From Bacteroidia bacterium (GTDB lineage: Bacteria; Bacteroidota; Bacteroidia; UKL13-3): a stretch of 29,471 nt of DNA. The notes under the pieces were generated by a model. It saw nothing but the letters and a program-made list of their open reading frames with translations. It was not told the origin of the DNA and ran no database searches. Positions 27,030 through 29,471 of this stretch are shown here, in pieces. Within the stretch, counting starts at the first letter, position 1, and each line of letters opens with the position of its first letter. The stretch is taken from contig JACFNJ010000002.1 in the NCBI GenBank assembly GCA_019454865.1, positions 1-29,471 on the forward strand. Direction: 5' to 3'. Both the position numbers and the translations under genes were made by a program.

Positions 27030-27836
27030 ATGGGGTCAATATCAAAAATTCTGGTACCTGTTGATAACAGTAGTTACTCAGAGGTAGCACTTCAAGCTGC
27101 TCAAAACATTGCTAAGGCTTTTAATGCTTCACTTTATGTTCATCATGTAAGTGAAAACTCTTCCTCTACAGACGAAATACGTACTAAAGCTAAAAACATT
27201 TTGAACGACTTGCCTCATACTTTTAGTGAGGGTAGCGGTAGTGTATATAAAAATATTTTAGCTAAAGCATTAGATATTGATGCAAACTTAATAGTGATGG
27301 GAACACATGGGGCAACAGGGTTTCAAGAGTTCTGGTTAGGCAGTAATACCTACAAAGTAGTAAGTTCATCCAAATGCCCTGTATTAACGATACGTTATGG
27401 TTGCCGAAGTGTTGATTTTAAAAAAATTGTTTTACCGTTAGATACTTCGTTTGAATCCAGACAAAAAATACCTACAGCAATAAGCCTTGCAAATAGATTA
27501 AAAGCAAGCATACATGTATTAGGGGTTTCTACAAGTAAAGACAAAGAAGCTGAATATGCCGTAAGGAATTACATACGTCAAGCTATTGATAGCATAACCG
27601 ATAGTGGTATTGTTTCAACCTCAGAAACCCAATTGGGCGGAAATATTACAAATGTTACCATTGCTTATGCCGAGAAAATAAATGCAGATTTAATAGTAAT
27701 TATGACAGAACAAGAGCCCCAAATTGGTTCGTTTTTCTTAGGTAAATTTGCTCAGCAGATGGTTAACAATTCACCAGTTCCGGTATTGGTTGTACCTACT
27801 CGCGAAGACTTAATGGTATCTACAGTAAAATTTTAA
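27030..27836 (+). CDS. Universal stress protein (tandem USP domains)
   Basis: KILVPVDNS, LIVMGTHGATG...LGSNT..VV..SKCPVLTI, KIVLPLD, ADLIVIMT, VPVLVVP. Confidence 0.9.
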   Translation: MGSISKILVPVDNSSYSEVALQAAQNIAKAFNASLYVHHVSENSSSTDEIRTKAKNILNDLPHTFSEGSGSVYKNILAKALDIDANLIVMGTHGATGFQEFWLGSNTYKVVSSSKCPVLTIRYGCRSVDFKKIVLPLDTSFESRQKIPTAISLANRLKASIHVLGVSTSKDKEAEYAVRNYIRQAIDSITDSGIVSTSETQLGGNITNVTIAYAEKINADLIVIMTEQEPQIGSFFLGKFAQQMVNNSPVPVLVVPTREDLMVSTVKF

Positions 27837-27988
27837 GAAACACTACTAACTTAAACTTCTTTATTTATTAAAAATTAAAAAAGTCTTTATTGTTTATTGT
27901 AAAAACGGTATTTTTACCCATTAATTTAGTATCTAAAATTAAATAGTAAATTGTATATCATAAATTTATACAACTGTTTTACAATATT

Positions 27989-29471
27989 ATGATGGAAATA
28001 AAACCAGGTAAATACCTTGAACCAATCATCTATCCTGCCGATTTACGTAAGGTGAATGAGCATGATTTAGTAAAGGTATGTGAAGACTTAAGGCAATATA
28101 TAATTGATACCGTTTCGATAAATGGAGGACATTTTGCTTCCAGTTTAGGAGTAGTAGAACTTACTGTAGCGTTGCATTATGTGTTTAACACTCCATACGA
28201 CCAATTGGTATGGGATGTAGGGCATCAGGCATACGGACATAAAATACTTACCGGAAGAAGAAGTGTATTTCATACCAATAGAGTGTATAAAGGTATTAGT
28301 GGTTTTCCTAAACGAAGCGAAAGCGAATACGATACGTTTGGTGTTGGCCATTCTTCCACTTCAATTTCAGCAGCACTTGGAATGGCTGTAGCAAGCCGCT
28401 TAAAAGGTGAAAAAGACAGACAACACATTGCAATTATAGGTGATGGAGCAATGACAGCAGGGTTAGCATTTGAAGGCTTAAATCATGCAGGTGTTGAAGA
28501 TAGCAATTTGATAGTAGTACTTAATGATAATTGCATGAGTATTGACCCTAATGTAGGCGCATTAAAAGAGTACTTAACTGATATTACCACATCGCCAACT
28601 TACAATAGATTTAAAGATGATATATGGAAAGCTTTAGACAGATTTGCTAAAGTAGGTCAGTTGTCACAAGATATAATTTCAAAAGTATTAGATACGGTAA
28701 AAGGTGGATTATTAAAACACAGCAATCTTTTTGAGTCATTAAAGTTTAGATATTTTGGCCCAATTGATGGACACGATGTAAACCATTTGGTAAAGGTATT
28801 GGAAGATTTGAAAAAAATACCCGGACCTAAACTGTTGCATTGTGTTACAGTAAAAGGTAAAGGATTTCCACTTGCCGAAAAAAATCAAACCAAATGGCAT
28901 GCACCGGGATTGTTTGATAAAGTTACCGGTGAAATTTATAAAAATCCACCATCGCAACCACAGCCTCCAAAGTTTCAAGATGTGTTTGGACACACCTTAG
29001 TTGAATTGGCTGAGAAAAACGAAAAAATTGTTGGCATTACACCGGCAATGCCTTCCGGTTCATCAATGAATATAATGATGGAAGCCATGCCTAAACGTAC
29101 ATTTGATGTAGGTATTGCTGAGCAACATGCAGTTACATTTAGTGCAGGATTAGCAGCACAAGGGTTGGTTCCTTTCTGTAATATTTATTCCTCATTTATG
29201 CAGCGTGCTTATGATCAAGTAGTGCACGATGTAGCGTTACAAAATTTACATGTTGTTTTTTGTATGGATAGAGCCGGAGTAGCCGGAGCTGACGGACAAA
29301 CACATCATGGCATGTTGGATATTCCATTTATGCGTTGCGTTCCTAACATTACGGTTGCTGCACCATTAAACGAGGAGGATTTAAGAGACATGATGTACAC
29401 TGCATCGTTAGATAAAAATGCAGGTCCGTTTAGTATTCGTTATCCAAGAGGTAATGGTGTAATGGTAAATT
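27989..29471 (+). CDS. dxs: 1-deoxy-D-xylulose-5-phosphate synthase, 3'-truncated by the window edge (absent from the ORF track)
   Basis: Hand translation from ATG 27989: MMEIKPGKYL...GGHFASSLGVVELTVALHYVFNTPYDQLVWDVGHQAYGHK, GHSSTSISAALG, IGDGAMTAG, LNDN, YFGPIDGH, DVGIAEQHAVTF, FMQRAYDQ, GADGQTH, RYPRG. Confidence 0.96.
   Translation, partial: MMEIKPGKYLEPIIYPADLRKVNEHDLVKVCEDLRQYIIDTVSINGGHFASSLGVVELTVALHYVFNTPYDQLVWDVGHQAYGHKILTGRRSVFHTNRVYKGISGFPKRSESEYDTFGVGHSSTSISAALGMAVASRLKGEKDRQHIAIIGDGAMTAGLAFEGLNHAGVEDSNLIVVLNDNCMSIDPNVGALKEYLTDITTSPTYNRFKDDIWKALDRFAKVGQLSQDIISKVLDTVKGGLLKHSNLFESLKFRYFGPIDGHDVNHLVKVLEDLKKIPGPKLLHCVTVKGKGFPLAEKNQTKWHAPGLFDKVTGEIYKNPPSQPQPPKFQDVFGHTLVELAEKNEKIVGITPAMPSGSSMNIMMEAMPKRTFDVGIAEQHAVTFSAGLAAQGLVPFCNIYSSFMQRAYDQVVHDVALQNLHVVFCMDRAGVAGADGQTHHGMLDIPFMRCVPNITVAAPLNEEDLRDMMYTASLDKNAGPFSIRYPRGNGVMVN

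Noticed and set aside
27899-27917. GTAAAAA-CGGTA-TTTTTAC hairpin upstream of dxs
   Set aside because: Weak, almost all A-T pairs; expected by chance in a very AT-rich spacer.
27-28993. Short antisense or alternate-frame ORFs in the track (e.g. 27-278, 1268-1450, 4083-4442, 6982-7302, 9009-9329, 17623-17928, 28145-28351, 28739-28993)
   Set aside because: All are nested in well-supported genes, lack motifs and look like shadow ORFs; the last two are antisense to dxs.
1-29471. CRISPR array, tRNA, rRNA, IS element or integrase
   Set aside because: No regularly spaced repeats, cloverleaf or rRNA-like stretch, transposase or recombinase motifs seen by eye; tRNAscan-SE and Infernal were not run.

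Overview
AT-rich bacterial chromosomal window. Gene content and TAnnTTTG promoter motifs point to Bacteroidota (inference). Housekeeping genes flank both sides: usp (5'-truncated), ettA, yqgE/algH-like, pdxH, wecA-like and rdgB on the left; a hypothetical gene, ilvE, a TonB-dependent receptor, an APC permease, a coiled-coil protein, aat, yihY-like, an alpha/beta hydrolase, an enoyl-CoA hydratase, a second usp and dxs (3'-truncated, missing from the ORF track) on the right. Between them is a ~10.3 kb co-directional minus-strand accessory operon (5952-16104): XRE regulator, PLD-nuclease/SNF2 helicase, DinD, Eco57I-type N6-adenine methyltransferase with TRD, Ser/Thr kinase-TPR-FHA, and PPP-family phosphatase. 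It looks like a restriction-modification-like defence locus tightly coupled to a kinase/phosphatase switch, the best candidate for an undescribed system. In this copy the PLD-helicase has an in-frame TAG exactly at the catalytic Lys of its HxK motif, and dinD has an internal out-of-frame deletion; the methyltransferase, kinase and phosphatase look intact. No tRNA, rRNA, CRISPR array, integrase or transposase was recognised.
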